The notes under the pieces are model-generated. The model had not been told where the DNA came from and made no database searches. It saw nothing but the letters and a program-made list of their open reading frames with translations. From Phaeosaccion multiseriatum (taxonomy: Eukaryota > Protista > Ochrophyta, other classes), in NCBI GenBank assembly GCA_965112735.1, contig OZ218956.1, positions 1,736,001-1,800,000 of the forward strand: DNA of 64,000 nt, given 5' to 3'. The translations under genes were made by a program, and so were the position numbers. Positions 63,601-64,000 of this stretch are shown piece by piece. The number at the start of each line of letters is the position of its first letter. The stretch's first letter is position 1.

Positions 63601-63735
63601 GAGTAGGAGGAGTAGGAGGAGGAGGGGGAGGAGGAGAGGAGGAGGAGGAGGAGGAGGAGGGGGAGGAGGAGGAGGAGGAGGAGGAGGAGGAGGAGGAGGA
63701 GGAGGAGGAGGAGGAGGAGGAGGAGGAGGAGGAGG
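63492..63735. repeat. (GAG)n trinucleotide tract straddling the stop codon of the last ORF
   Basis: About 240 bp of GAG repeat with TAG variants at 63598, 63604 and 63613. Confidence 0.9.
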
Positions 63736-64000
63736 GGATGGGGGAGAAGAAGGACGAAGATGAAGAAGTAAGTGAAGAAGAAGGCGGGGAGGAGGGGCAG
63801 GATGAAGGGAGGAAGGCTCTTGCATGGCACGCAGTTTCGTTCAATATCAAAACTTTTTCTGTTGCTGCTCAAAAGCAACCAAGGTTCATGAACTGGCGAG
63901 GTTCAAGTGTCAGTGTGTAAATGTCAGTGGGAAAGCACCTAAAAAAGCGTCTCTTCCCTATGCTCCGTCGGCTATGAGGCGAAAGCGATGAGACTAGACA

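Overview
Eukaryotic, intron-rich genomic DNA, most consistent with a photosynthetic stramenopile (ochrophyte alga): two genes carry bipartite signal-plus-transit plastid presequences and the introns are packed with microsatellites. Most ORFs in the six-frame track are repeat artefacts, so I rebuilt genes by hand from splice sites. In order: V-ATPase subunit G (-), a divergent GARP/MYB-CC (PHR1/PSR1-like) transcription factor (+), TEL2 (-), an 18-exon ABC-F ATPase (+) whose stop codon sits in an 8-copy tandem array, PP2C phosphatase (-), a ubiquitin-like domain protein (-), an orphan spliced locus built from tandemly duplicated exon-intron modules (+), an LRR protein (-), plastid solanesyl/polyprenyl diphosphate synthase (+), Srp40/Nopp140 (-), a decayed piggyBac-like transposase (+), a CCCH zinc-finger protein (-), REI1/ZNF622 (-), DGDG synthase (+), a 9-exon nitrate-reductase-type gene encoding only the molybdenum and dimerisation domains (+), a SAM methyltransferase (-) and a long low-complexity orphan ORF (+). 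The most interesting items are the intact Mo-only nitrate reductase and the exon-intron module locus at about 28 kb. All family calls come from motif recognition; no database searches were run.
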